A DNA stretch of 64,000 bases from NCBI GenBank assembly GCA_001949185.1, contig BDGG01000002.1, positions 434,001 to 498,000 of the forward strand, in the 5' to 3' direction. The notes beneath the pieces were generated by a model that made no database searches, was not told where the DNA came from, and worked only from the letters and a program-made list of their open reading frames with translations. This document shows positions 12,301-24,967 of this stretch, one piece after another; the first letter of the stretch is position 1; each line of letters starts with the position of its first letter. This DNA comes from Ramazzottius varieornatus. Taxonomy: Eukaryota > Animalia > Tardigrada. Both the position numbers and the translations under genes were made by a program.

Positions 12301-15300
12301 CGGAAACACAGTTTTCGGGTGAAAAATCTGATCTCAGCTTCCACCTCGTTTTTTTTCTCACTCAAATGTTTCTTCGAAGCTTACAACAAATCGTTTGCAA
12401 GCCTGTGGTTTGGGGTTATAACAGCAATATTCTGTAGGCTATTTGAAGCACAGGCTCCTACAAGAAAAATTATTGTTTGTTGAAAGTAGAATTTTGTAAA
12501 GTTTTGGCTAGAGACTGGAAAAAGTTTTTACAGCGGTAACATTTGTAAAAACGCGTACGCTTGTTTTTCTGAGCCGTACGAATATCGTACAAGTGCAAGT
12601 GCCTATATGCGAGAGCCACGCAGCTTGTACGGCTCGATGCGTCCCACGTGTCATTGCGATGATCTTTACGACGACCACGTGGCTCACACACATATTGCGT
12701 AGATTCAAGTCCTGCTGTGACTCACTCATGCTCGCTAAGGTAAGTCGTACTTCAACTCCTGCAGCGTGCGAAAACGTCACTTGGGTTGATTGACAATCAA
12801 CTCGTATTGAAACTTTTTCCAGACTCTAGTTTTGGCGGTAACATTTCAGTTTTTACAAAGTGACGGTGATGGCAGCTGATCTGGATGTTGAGAAACCGAT
12901 GTGAAGGAAGAGTGCTGGGGTTGTTTTCTCAAGCAAACGTTGCACGAGTATCTTAGTCCAGCTTGGAGAACAAAATATTCAAGTGGGGCGTGGGAAAAAC
13001 CGACAAGTCATACTGAAAGACCTGACAGTAATCAGTTCCAACTAGAGCTGGACTTGACTGAAGGACTTGTCTGATATACTTGTGGACATGCCGAAGGGGA
13101 CGGCGAACCAGACCAGTCCACCCATCAAATAGCCGTAGACGACTTGGCGTGGTTTGGCTGAGGCGGCAATTTGCCAGTAGCTCTGGTCAACAAAGACCGT
13201 AGCGAAGTTGCCCACAATGTTGATGATGCCGAAAATGAAGGCGGATTGCGAGGAGAACGTGTTGTAGGCACCATCTTGGTTGCCGTCGGGGCCACTCAAA
13301 CAGGAAATCAACTCGTAGACCGATGATATGGAACCTGGGACAAACCAAGAGACATCACTGAGGGCGGCAGTTTCTCTATCATGATATCATTAGTGTCAAA
13401 CTACAGTGCTAAACTATCCTTGTGTACCAATTGGACTATGGACGGAAGGGACGTAGAAAACCTGGGCGGCAAAATAGAGGATGACGATGAGAATTATCCC
13501 TCCACAGAAGTAGGAGACGTAAAACAAGGCGCCTAAAGAATTAGGAGAGAAATGCAAAGTGGTGGCAGTGTTTGTAGTGTGTGTTGGTTGCAATGATTAC
13601 CCATTCCCCCCACGAGGGTGTAGCAGGCCACAATGGCGGCCACCGCTGCACTGGCAAGCGCAATGGAACAATCCTTGACCAGGGCGTTGGTGACGGCGGC
13701 CCCGCCAGCCATCAACATGGCTGTTACGATTAGGTTGGTGGCAAAAGCGAAAACGACATAAACCTTGTGCGTTCTCACTCCAAAGCGAGAGTGGAGGACA
13801 CGCAGGTAGGTCTTGGCACCTGGCGCTCGCACACGCAACTGCACTGCCAAGATGGCGAAGAGAAGGATTTGGATGGCCGCACCGGCTGCGTACCTATCGG
13901 TTCATAGATTCTTTCATGTCTATTAATACTCATACTCTACAGTAGAGGTCATAACCGTTCGCGGGGCGCGGCGTAAGTGATGTCGAAAGGACGTAACCCT
14001 CAAGCGCATATCTGGGGTTACGTCATACTAATGTCACTATTGCGCGCCCCGCGAACGGATTTGGACTTCTACTCTACAGTGCGTTCAAATCAACTGCCCA
14101 AGAAATCGCCGGACAGCCTGAATTATCACCTGACCAGCGTTGGCCCAGACCAAGTCAATTCCTTTTAGCAGTCAAATATCCAAAGTACGTGACCTCGGCT
14201 CGGGGAACCGAGCAGTGTAGCATTCAGTCTGGGCTTAACGATCAATCAAGCCATACAAGTCAACTGAAAACTCATATCGAAAACTGATAGAAAAACCAAG
14301 TCACAAAAGCTAGTTTATACTGTTCATCTTCAGTGGACCGGCTGTGCTTGATTGGCATAAAGGACGTGATTTATGCCCGAGACTACATACAACACTGGAG
14401 CCGAGCCGAAATGTTGCGGCATTTTAATGTAGTACTCAGCCCGACCTGACCGATCAGAATCGTCAGACATGGGAATTTCTGACTGCTAGAAAAGAATTAA
14501 ATTTTTTTGGGCCAGCGCTGCACCCGTCCTACCAGAAAGCTCCGGCCGGGCCGTTCTTGCTGGCTACGTTGCTGGACTGCAGCAGAGTAGCGGCCCAGGT
14601 CCTACAAACAGCAACAACAGTCGTCGTCCCTAGCCAACTTTACATGTTCACTTTGTCTTCGGCAGACCAAATGAGCGGCGTGATGTAAGAGAAGCGCCTG
14701 GCCAACTTAAAGCATCAAAGTCAGCAGATGGATGTACTGTAGGCTGTCATACCATTGGGCCACAATAGTTGCTCCCGTGAGACCACCGGAAATGGAGCCT
14801 CCAGCATCGAAGGCCGTCTCGGCCGAATTCTACAGAATAAAAGAAGGTCCTTGAAATAACATGGCCGTCATATCTCCTTTCCATCGAGGAGAGGGCCACT
14901 CTTGATGTAATCAAGAAGAGCGGCAGTGTACAAGTTTCAACGCGCCCAATGTTGCTCTTAAGACCCTGTCGAGTGCATCAGAGAGCCAACCAGCCATAAA
15001 CCCTACCAGCAATACTTTTTTGGAAAAACACTAGACAGTACAGTCATATCGACCGCTGTCACGTCCGTTTGTCGCTTTGTTGGGATAGAGTATGTAAGTA
15101 GCCAGCTAATATTATATATGATAAAGAGAGGGGGAAGTGAGAAGGGACGCACCTGGTCTTTGTAGGCATAGGCGCGGATGAGCATGAAGCTTTTCGAGAC
15201 GAGGACGCAGCCCACCAGGATGGCGACGATGACCAGCAGGCCTTGCCACAAGGCGATACTGGGCTGAAAGTCCTCCGCCGCTTTGACCTTGGCCAGCTCG

Positions 15301-15524
15301 CCGCTGGCCAGCGTGGGCTTGACCTTGGCGCATTGCGGGTCGGCTTTGTAGAAAGGCGGCGGAGTGGCGGCCAGCGTGGCCGGCGAAGGATGGACAGTGG
15401 CTCGCCCTCTGCTGTTGGCGAAACGAGCCGGCGACACCATCGGTCGGCGGGTGATAAAGTCCGCCGTACTGACCATGGCCACTAAGGACAGTAACAATAG
15501 CGCCCTTACAGCCAGCAGCTCCAT
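9394..15524 (-). CDS. DUR3: DUR3-type urea active transporter (sodium:solute symporter family), multi-exon
   Basis: Exon translations RAPGAKTY, FGIINIVGNFATVFVDQSYWQ, GGLVWFAVPF, AVVSTASSEVMAVTSIIVHDLY, WLYLVMGVLVGSAVIP, YDIDNPLHPW. ATG 15524 opens a signal-peptide-like segment. Some exon borders approximate. Confidence 0.88.
9681..9885 (+). mobile_element. Non-autonomous Helitron/HINE-like element (copy 1, in DUR3 intron)
   Basis: Subterminal inverted repeat aggccgagc/gctcggcct, 3' hairpin agtggt-caga-accact, ends CTAG|T. Homologous to 45433-45625 plus 46798-46858. Confidence 0.7.
12509..12828. mobile_element. hAT-type MITE in DUR3 intron
   Basis: 19-bp TIR tagag(a/t)ctggaaaaagttt with a perfect 8-bp TSD gttttggc (12501-12508 and 12829-12836). 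Confidence 0.85.
13940..14074. mobile_element. Palindromic TA-flanked MITE in DUR3 intron
   Basis: Nearly self-complementary (agtaga..ccgttcgcggggcgcg..gacgtaaccc / ggggttacgtc..cgcgccccgcgaacgg..tctact), TA on both sides. Confidence 0.7.
14135..14520. mobile_element. Degenerate hAT-like MITE in DUR3 intron
   Basis: TIR cagcg(t/c)tggccca; flanking 8-mers cacctgac / cacccgtc (6 of 8 match). Confidence 0.55.
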
Positions 15525-16877
15525 GACGCACTGATACTGCCCCAAATACCAAGATTTAGCCTTAATTGTGGCCAAGAATAAGTATAGTCGTCGAAGGGGT
15601 TATGCTGCCAAGGTCAGAGCACAAAAGAATGGCGCGGCTGTTTAAAGGACCGTACAGTGTCAATGTCACGCGAGGATTACAGGACAATGGAGACCCACAG
15701 AAACTCCCAACAAACGGTGTCTTACCCAATCTATTTCGACTGCATGACTTTCTGTCAGGGCGACTTGAGAAACTTTGCTGAAGCATGAGAGATGAATGTG
15801 CGCTGCTGGAGCGTTGCACCAGCGTGGCAGAATAAGATCACTTGCTTTGACTGGCTGTATCTGCACCTGTGTGGACTGCAGCGCCAAGTGGCGCGCGGCT
15901 GGCGTCAGAGCCGGCGGAAAATCGATGCTGTGGGACTATTAGTACCAATTTGCAATGCCGTCCCCGCTACAGCCCGTTCCCTGACAATGTAAGCTTCGTT
16001 GGGCCAGCAAGGCGCGCTTAATCGCGTTAACAGCCAAGGCTTTGATTCCCCCCAATAGGCTAACTCTTGCCGCTTGAACGAGCCACCTATAGCTAGGCCG
16101 CTGCTGTATATCCGGCCACACGTCTCCAATGTCTTCCGGAAGGAATGCGACGCTACCGGTACATGTTGTTCTTTTCTTCGAGCACCTTTCCGCAGCGATC
16201 GGTATATGCGCCAAGTGATGTGATGTGATGAATGTTTGTCCCATGTCTGCTCTTTTCATCCCTTGTTGTAATTGTCCCTGCTGGCAGACTCCTCCAGCCA
16301 TACACACTTTCGTTTGATATTGATACTAGGCAGAAATTAAAGGGATGGCCTGTCAACACGACGAGTTTTTCGGCCCGACGTCTGCTGCTGATCTAGCCAG
16401 CACCATTCGATTTCGACCAGCAAGCCATCTTTTCTTAAAGTAGCCTTTCCTCTTCTGCCAGTGATAGTGCAGCGTCTATTCGCGGCAAAATTCTCATTTG
16501 GCATTTGTGGCTTAATCAGTATACGGGTAAGTGCTGCGCCATTGACACTGTGAAGGATTGTAGCTAATTAGCGGGGAGTTGCTCAATCCATTCACTCACG
16601 CAAGCTACAGAAGTGTGTAATTGCTTTTCCATATAGTGCTCTTGTTATAGCGACGTTCGTATAATATTGGATTAGGTGACGGTTCTGTCGCTTGGGTTGT
16701 GCCAACTATTTACGGCGCTGAGACAAAATCATCCACCTCGCAACGAAGGACAAACAGGTAATAAGGTCCTAGTGTTGTTGGCTGTAACACAACTGTGCCG
16801 GCCATCACTTACATTTACACCATGTCCTTTGAAGACTGTGGTCCATTCTTGGACATTTGGCCGCTGGGTTTTTAGGC

Positions 16878-19800
16878 ATGTCAGCAGGCAGGTGGTTTCC
16901 GGTGGTGCTTTTGTGCTCTATACTGCTGCAGCTGTCGCCTGCCATTGTCGACGGTCAAAGCGACCCTTCTTGCCGACCCACACTGGTCATCCTCCGCAAC
17001 CCTTCGCTCAAGTCAACCTTCATCGGGACCAACTGGGACGACGAGGCGGGCAAAGGCGTCGAGGAGGTCTATGTGGACCTGTTTGTTAATCTCCCCAGGC
17101 GGACCATGTCCAGTGCCGACACCATCTACTCCACCTGCGCTGAAGAAGACAGCGACACCATCTTCCTCTTGGCCGAATACTTCATGTCCCCAGAGGGGCA
17201 ACAAGCCTTAAGGGGACCGTGTGCAGTACAGCTTTACGTCATTGGCTGTTCCAGTGTCTTTGATACCGCAGCCACCTTTGGCCAAGGTGGGGGGCAAATG
17301 CCTGTCAATAATGATAGCTGGTGAGATATGATACCGATAGCGATAGCGATACCTCTATGTGTCTTATGATGCTGCAGAGTTGAACCTAACCACCATGTTC
17401 GTTCTGGATGGGTGGACCAAGCTGCTGCAGCCTCTGCGGCATCTGCTGATCCTCTTCCTGGAGACGTACGGTCTGCAGACGGTGGCCGTCCTCTGTCGAG
17501 AGAACGAAGGCGACTACTTTGTGGCTTCCCTCTGTTACGAACTGTCCAGGGAAGGGGCCATTGTCGAACACGCCATCACCGCCAACTTTTTCTACTTACC
17601 ACAGGCCCAGACTGGGCCCAACAGCACTTGGTCCAGCACTAGTGCCGACAAGGCAACGAGCAGCTGCAGCCAGATACTGAGCCAAGCACTGCGAACCAGC
17701 AACGGTCAGCCACTTCCTCCCGCCACTGCCTCCATTTGCCCTTTACATTCCTTTTTCAATGGACTTTGTGCTTTCTTCTTTTGCAGTGCTGCTATTGATG
17801 CTGGGCCCGTCCGATACGGAGGCTTGTTTGGTGAGTAGGGGATAATGTAGCAGCTGCATGGGGAAAGATGGTCGGATATGTCATTAGACGTTGCCTCATT
17901 TTAGGTGGCAGCTGGGTCGTTGGGTGTTACGACCAGTCAATACGTAAGCTTGCTCATACATTTGTGTTGGCCAAGCTGGCCCACCTTTTCTCCTGCACCT
18001 TTCTTTGTGGAACGTGGGCAAGTGGCGGCCTGTCCCGCGCTTCCCCTGTTTACCTTTCATATCAGCCAAAGCCTATTATCCCTAGGTGATCATCAGCTTG
18101 AATGGCTCAACTGAAAAGGTACTTTAGCAAATCATGTGCCAACTTTGAGTGGCGATGACATTATGACGAGGGTTTTACACGCTGTCTGCAGAATAACATC
18201 AGTTGGAGGCGCATAAGTGTAGCGGCTCCTGTTTTCATACTCAATCCGGAGAGCGATGCTGAAGAGCTGCCGCTGGCGGAAGACCTCGTCTACGTTTCAA
18301 CACGCACCGTCGTCTCCAACTTCCTCTTTGATGTTGTTGTAAGCTTGTCCATTCATTCTCTGAGGCTTTGTACGATGGGCCGACGTTTTTGCCATCGGCT
18401 GCAGCACACAATGCTACATAGTGTCCCCTCTTCCAGAAGAAAACAACAGACTACAGTACTTTTGCCACCAATGACACCACCAATAACACATGGAGCACGA
18501 CGATGATGGTGAGCGAGGGCTCGACCAGACGACCTTGGCGCAGCAAGGCCAATTCCAGCGCTAGCCGGCGACTAGCAGACAACGACCTTGATCATCAGGG
18601 AACGTCATTGTCCCTCTTCCTGCCCGATGGTTCCACACAGGTGGGCTAACCCTCCTTACGTCTCGGTCAACAGTAATCAGCACTCCATATTGACCAATGC
18701 ACCTCTTTTAAACGAAGTGAAGTGAAGAGTGTGTTTGCCCTAGCTGTTTGCCATTGTGGACCCAACGCAGAATGAAACACTGCTGCTGTTGGTCTCTCAG
18801 GAAAGCTGGGCTGCCTTGTGGCCCAACAATGAGTTTCCACCCATTCACGCCGTTTGGCACAATATCGACAGCTCAACGATCGTTGCGGGTAACTAACTTA
18901 CCTTCTCCCCACTCTTCATACCACACAGTCAACAAATTAGGCCTATACACTAAGTGATCGATTATCCCACGTTTTGCTCAAAGATTCGTAACTCTACTTG
19001 TCCACCATTCGCTTCAGGTACTCCTAGTGTCATTCCCAAGATCGATGTTTCATAGTTTTGATCACCTGGCTTTTGTTCACATTAATCAACACACCAACTG
19101 GTGAGGCTTGGCCGATCGAGATACCTCAATAACTGCCGTCTTTATAACATCGTGTCCTAACGGCTGTGGTCCTCCTCCTATAAAAATTCTATTGTCAGAA
19201 AAAGCTGCAATTATCGGGCTGTCGAACGAGCCTAGTCAGCCCACCTAAGAGGGTTTTGGTCGTCTGACAAAAGAAGCTTGGGCGAATAAACCATCTAGGT
19301 AGTACCTGTAGTGATCGGAAGGCCTACTCGTCATAAGTGCCTTGTCTATACTTTCCTTGCTCGTAATCTTCTTTGAATACGTCTAATCTTCCGCAAGAAA
19401 GCCGAAATCGTGTAGTTTAACCATCTGGTCAGAACCAGAGCGAGCCATGCCCATCTACAGAAGTTGTGCGTCACATGGTTTTTGCACAAACACTTCCTGG
19501 TTAATTTATTCGCCCAGGCTTTTTTTGTCGGACGACCAAAAACCTCTTAGATATGCTCGTTCGACAGCCCGATAATTTCAGCTTTTCCTAACAGTAAAAA
19601 GATGTTGAAAATCGGAGGACCACAGCTGCCAGGACACGACGCTAAAAAGACTGCAGTTACATAGGTATTAAGGCATTCCCGGCGATCCCTTACCAGTTGG
19701 TTTGTTGATTAATCTATTCAAAAGCCATCTGCTCCAAACGAAGAAACATCGATCTTTGAAACGATACCAAAAGTAGTCGAATCGGTTGTGGACCAGCGGA

Positions 19801-22577
19801 GTTACGCATGAATTTTTAGCTGGAATTGTGAGGTGATCGATCACTTGTGGAGCTCAGTGGATAATTACCTTAAACAGAGACGATAAGTTATTTCTGGTCT
19901 CGGCAGCTGACTACTCTTTCCTGGCACCTGTTATCGTCCTGCTAGTCCTGGCTACTGTCGGGGCCGCTTACGTTTTATACGACCGCAGGTATCTCAAGTA
20001 AGTTCCTACTGCAAGTTGTGCAACCCCGCAAAACAAAAAGTTCTTTAAACTTGGTTGCCTCTTGCCATTGGCGGAGACCCCCAAGTTAGCTATACACAGA
20101 GCAAATCTACTGTTCTTTATAAAGTGTTGTGTAAGAATGGGACAATGAAGAATAATCTCGTCGACCGCTCAATGCCTTGCGTCATCTGATAGCGAACCAC
20201 AATCTTGCAAATCCCACTGGGAGATTTGTTTTTGTGATTGCAGAGAGCAGAATTTCATGCAAGAACAGGAAAATTCGTCTTTTGTCGACGACGACCTGAC
20301 GAAATGGCAGATCCGAGCTGACGAGTTGAAGGAACTGCCCAAAAGCGTCAGGTCGCGATCGTTCGTGTCCTCCTTCTCCGTCAACTCTGCCAGTAAGACG
20401 GCCAAAGGTTCTCAGACCGACGTCGTCGAGGTCGAACTGTACTACGGCAGAAAAGTCTGGGTTAAGCGGCGAGAGCTAGCTTACTATTTTATCCCTGAAA
20501 CTTACCACGTCGAATTCCTGCAGAAGGTAACTTAGTGTATATAGGCACACCACTCACTAATGGCTTCTCTAATACATGTCTGGCTGACAGCTCAAGCGTC
20601 TCCATCACGCCAACTTCACCCACCTCTTTGGCGTTGTGTTGTCCACCGATCCCTCAGTCTTTGAGATGAAAATGGTGACAGAGTACTGCCCCAAACAGAG
20701 CATCTACGATCTCATCACACAAGAGCACTTTGACTTTACCTTCGCCCTAAAAGCCATCTTGATACGCGATATAGTTATCGTAAGTGCCATCCCATGCACA
20801 TTAAGTATCAGCCTCTAATCACCACCTTATTTATTCCGGGCCACCATAATTCATTTATTCCACGTACAAACAGGGGGTTGTTGTTTTTTTTCATATTAGC
20901 TTTTTAATGGGTGCTTGCTTGCAGGCAATGACATTCCTGCACAGCTCATTTCTCAACTGTCATGGCAGCTTAAAGAGCCCCAACTGTCTGGTCAGTGATC
21001 GGTTCACCGTCAAGATCAGCGACTATGGCTTGCACATGTTCCCCATCTACCCTCCGGCCATATCACAAGACGAGTCCCTCTATCACATGCTACTGTGGAC
21101 AGCACCGGAGATCCTGCGTGGCGCCATCATTCGTCTGCGCAAAGGCTCCAAAGAGGGTGACGTCTACAGCTTCGCCATTATCGTGCAGGAAATACTGACC
21201 CTTACCGAGCCATTTTATCATCCCAACTCCTTCCTGACACCCAAAGGTCTCTTATTCCCGGAACTTTAATGGTAATCTGTAAATGTTAAGGACCAGCAAT
21301 TGCCCACTTGTAGATATTGTCAAAAGGTTGATCGATCGCTCGACTGTACCCTTCCGTCCACCGGTGCCTTACGACACCATCCCTCCGCAATTGCGTGCCT
21401 TGATCACCTCAGCTTGGGATGAGGAGCCGACCCAGCGACCCACCTTCAAAGTTATCGGTCAGAAGCTGAGCAAAATGACCGACGAGCTTCCCAAAAATGC
21501 TTCCTACTTGGCTTACGTCATAGAGAAGATGGAGCAGTATTCTGACCAACTGGAGTTTCGAGTGGCCAAAGCCTCGGAAGGCCTCATTGAGGAGAAGAAA
21601 AAGTCTGACGAACTCTTGGCTCAAATGATGCCCAAGTAAGCTGCCTTCGGTCAGGTACAGCCAAAGGATGACAGAAATATATCTTGCTTGTTTTTCCTAG
21701 GACAGTATTAGACAGGTTACGCATTGGGCAGATTGTCGAGCCAGAGGCTTTTCAGCAAGTGACCATTGGCTTTACCGCCGTCATCGACTTTGCCCAGTTT
21801 GCCTTCCATAGTACCCCCATCGAGATTGTCCACTTCCTCAACGGTCTCTACACAGTATTCGACGATATCATTGAGCACTTTGACATTTACAAGGTGGAGA
21901 CCATCCAAGACTCCTATATGGTAGCCAGTGGGCTGCCGACCCGCAACGGTCACGACCATGTCCGGCAAGTGGGCAGCATGGCCTTGCAGATGATGAAGTC
22001 CGTCGAGAAGGTGCATATGCCCGGAGGGGGCGCCACCAACATGAAGATTGGCCTGCATACCGGTGGTTGCGCTGCCGGAGTTATCGGCGTCAAAGCACCG
22101 CGATATTGTCTGTAAGCTCTGCCCTCTTGACTATCCTACCTACCTTGATATATTCCAACAAGTTATGGACCTTTAGGTTTGGAGACACAATCAATACAGC
22201 TTCCCGAATGTGTACAGTTGGAGAAGGTGCCAATTCGTCGTCAGCCCAATGTCTCTCGTAAAATGAAACACGTCTCACTGACATGTACTGTATTGCAGGA
22301 CACAAGGTTGTCATTAGTGATGGTATGAAAACCTATCTGGATATGCATTTTCCGGATGAGTTTCTGGTCGATTTCAGGAACGACACGGAAGTTAAGGTAA
22401 GCTGACCACACACAGTTTGTCTTGCCTTGGAACATGGCAAAGTCGCATTTTGTCTCATCTCTAGGGCAAAGGGAAAATGAAGACGTACTATCTGCGAGAA
22501 AAACCCGGCCATTCGCACGTGCTCGGAACATCCCACCGCCAAACTTGAGCACCCTGTATTTCCACCAAGACCAATGA
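16878..22577 (+). CDS. Receptor-type guanylyl cyclase (signal peptide, ectodomain, TM, kinase-homology, cyclase), about 14 exons
   Basis: Signal MSAGRWFPVVLLCSILLQLSPAIVDG; TM exon near 19908-19988 (FLAPVIVLLVLATVGAAYVLY); HGSLKSPNCLV..KISDYGL, LLWTAPE, GDVYSFAII; IYKVETIQDSYMVASGLP, PRYCLFGDTINTASRM, KGKGKMKTY. Ectodomain exon borders uncertain. Confidence 0.9.
18948..19849. mobile_element. Foldback element (about 350-bp imperfect inverted arms) in guanylyl cyclase intron
   Basis: 18948-19295 is the reverse complement of about 19500-19849, e.g. attatcgggctgtcgaacgagc / gctcgttcgacagcccgataat. Confidence 0.75.
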
Positions 22578-23901
22578 TCCTCATGTCCTTTCCCCCTCTT
22601 GTTTATGATAATTAGTTTGAACAGACATTCCAACCAAGATTATGCAATAAAGAAAAGAGCAATTGGAACTGCAGATCAAAAGTCCACTGTAATTCTGCCT
22701 TTGATGGAGAGTTGATGGCAGTATGGCGTAGACAGGATTTAGTTTTCATCCCAGGTAGGTCTTTTAGGCTGGGGAATTTGCTGATAATAAACTATAAATG
22801 TTCGGCCAGCGCTTTGGAGCTTGGGAAATCCCAGATGTTCGTGGACGATTTGGGTCGGATTATCACATGTGTGGTTTGCTCGCAGGCCCGGTGAAGAAAA
22901 AGAAAAAAAATTTCCCGATATATGCAGAATCAATCTTTGGACAACAATGAGGGTGACATGACGAAGCTACATCGTTCTAGGCTCACCTGTTTTCAAAGGC
23001 GGGACAGAATTGGTACCCCCCGTTCACGCCACATCGCTACACCTAGCATTTCGACGTGGAAAAATTCGGATTGCCCCGTTTCGTTTGTTGCTTCACAGTG
23101 TTCATACAACTTTCAAGCTCTTTCGACTGAGCCATGAGTCGTTTTGGTACGATGGAAAACGGCTTCAGATAGTCGACTGGTATGACTTCCGGAGGGAAGA
23201 CGTGTCGTTCGCGGGTGAAATGCGGTCTATAGAGATCCCCCTTTGAGGTACAATCCCTGAAGTGACCTGGGCAGGCGTGAAACTATCTTGGCTGTCCAAG
23301 AAAGTCACAAAAGACCACGAAAATGCCAAAGTGGCTCGGCAAATAAATTAAAACCGTCGAAGTTGTTCATTTTGCCGAGAAAACCGTTTTGTGGCGAAAA
23401 TCCTAGCTCTGAATCCGAGCGGCAGATTCTTATTCAAACCAATTTTTATGTGGCCCGGACCGTGTTCTAATTATATTCATGAACAAAATCGCATGAACAC
23501 AGTTCGTTACTGAGAAAACAATTTTTGAAACCGGACCTGAAAACTGCAAAAGTTGGTGCAAATTTTGCTTTGCACTTCCCCTTGTTCAATGTCGATCCTG
23601 ACTTCTCGTAAACAGCTATCTGCCCGATAATTTCCAAAAGCATACTAACCAAGGAAAATTAGTTCCGGAGTTCAGCGATGATCCTGTCCCGAACGCAGCA
23701 GATTCATACGTGGTAGCGATGTGGTGTGAACGGGGTGTATGTCAAAACCAGTCCGTTGCAGGCCGCGTCGTCTTCCAGGGAAGAAGGACTACATTTCAGA
23801 GACCGGCATTCTCTATGGACGTCTATTTTTGTGTATTTTCTCAGCTCGGCCAGGCCCAGTTATCTGGTGCTGGGCGGGCTTTCGGAATTCTTCAACCTAC
23901 C

Positions 23902-24208
23902 AGGGAAAGGTTGTAAAGTTAGCCACCTCATACCGGGTTTGTAAAGTTAGCCGTCCAAGTTTGCCTGTTCTCTCCTACTTCCAAACAGTTATGGATAGAT
24001 CGATAGATAAAATAACGGGCTATCGAATAATCTCAAGTACAGTCAACGTGAAGATTCGGAGAATCCAAGAGATCTGCAATTAGAAAGCGTTGATCCCATG
24101 TTAAGAAGCGAAGACTGACAATCAAATGGTCAATCACGCAATAGACGCTACAGCCGTGGCTAACTTTACAAACCCGGTATGGGGCGGCTAAGTTTACGAC
24201 CTTCACCT
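23902..24208. mobile_element. MITE with about 50-bp TIRs
   Basis: Left arm aaggttgtaaagttagccacctcataccgggtttgtaaagttagcc mirrored at 24158-24208; gtaaagttagcc is doubled within each arm. TSD not resolved. Confidence 0.7.
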
Positions 24209-24465
24209 CTTACACATATCCGTTGAGTTGTTCAGCAAAACAGCGCAGTTGATCGGCTGGATAGCATATTCCTCCGTGGGCTTTAGCATGGCAAATGCCC
24301 GCTTGCCCTTGACGCGAAGAGAAATCCTGGAGGAGCGCTGCAGAGTAGACAAAGGCAACTGAAGACGAACAGTTTTATCGCATCGTCCATGGTGGTCAGG
24401 TCTCTAGCGATGTTGGATGCCAGCGGCGCCATCTGCAGGTCGTGAATCAGCGTGGACCACAGGTA

Positions 24466-24578
24466 CCGTATGCTCTCCCGAAATTCACGTACGTCACTGA
24501 CTCAAATCATTGGGGTCTTACCGTCTAGTTTTACACTCTGAATGGAGTGACGTACGTGAATTTCGGGAGAGTATACAG
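24466..24578. mobile_element. 113-bp TA-flanked MITE with pogo-like TIRs
   Basis: 33-bp TIR c(c/t)gtat(g/a)ctctcccgaaattcacgtacgtcact, TA at 24464-24465 and 24579-24580; resembles the TIR of 45628-46795. Confidence 0.8.
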
Positions 24579-24967
24579 TACTGCTTTTCCAAGGCAAACT
24601 CCCGATCCGCATGCAGGTACGGGTAACCGTGCAGCTTCAGCAGCTTTCCTCCAAACTCCTTCAGTTCTTGCTCCAGTAACTCTCACTCGCAATTTTCATG
24701 TGTTTGCTTCCAGTTTGGGAGTTCTAGACTTCATGCATGTGACATGTTTTTGCTCTTCAGTTATATCTGTAACAACTCTTTCATTTCTTTTTATCTTTTT
24801 CGCATTCGTTCCTCGTAAAGTCAACGGTACGAACAGGAAGTAGTCTTGGGATGTCGGGTCCATAGAGGTTTTGTTACGCATGCAGGTTTATAACTTTGCA
24901 CTTATTCGTCACAAATTCAAATGACCTTTTGAATTCAAACGATGACAGCTTGGGATGGAAAGTACTT

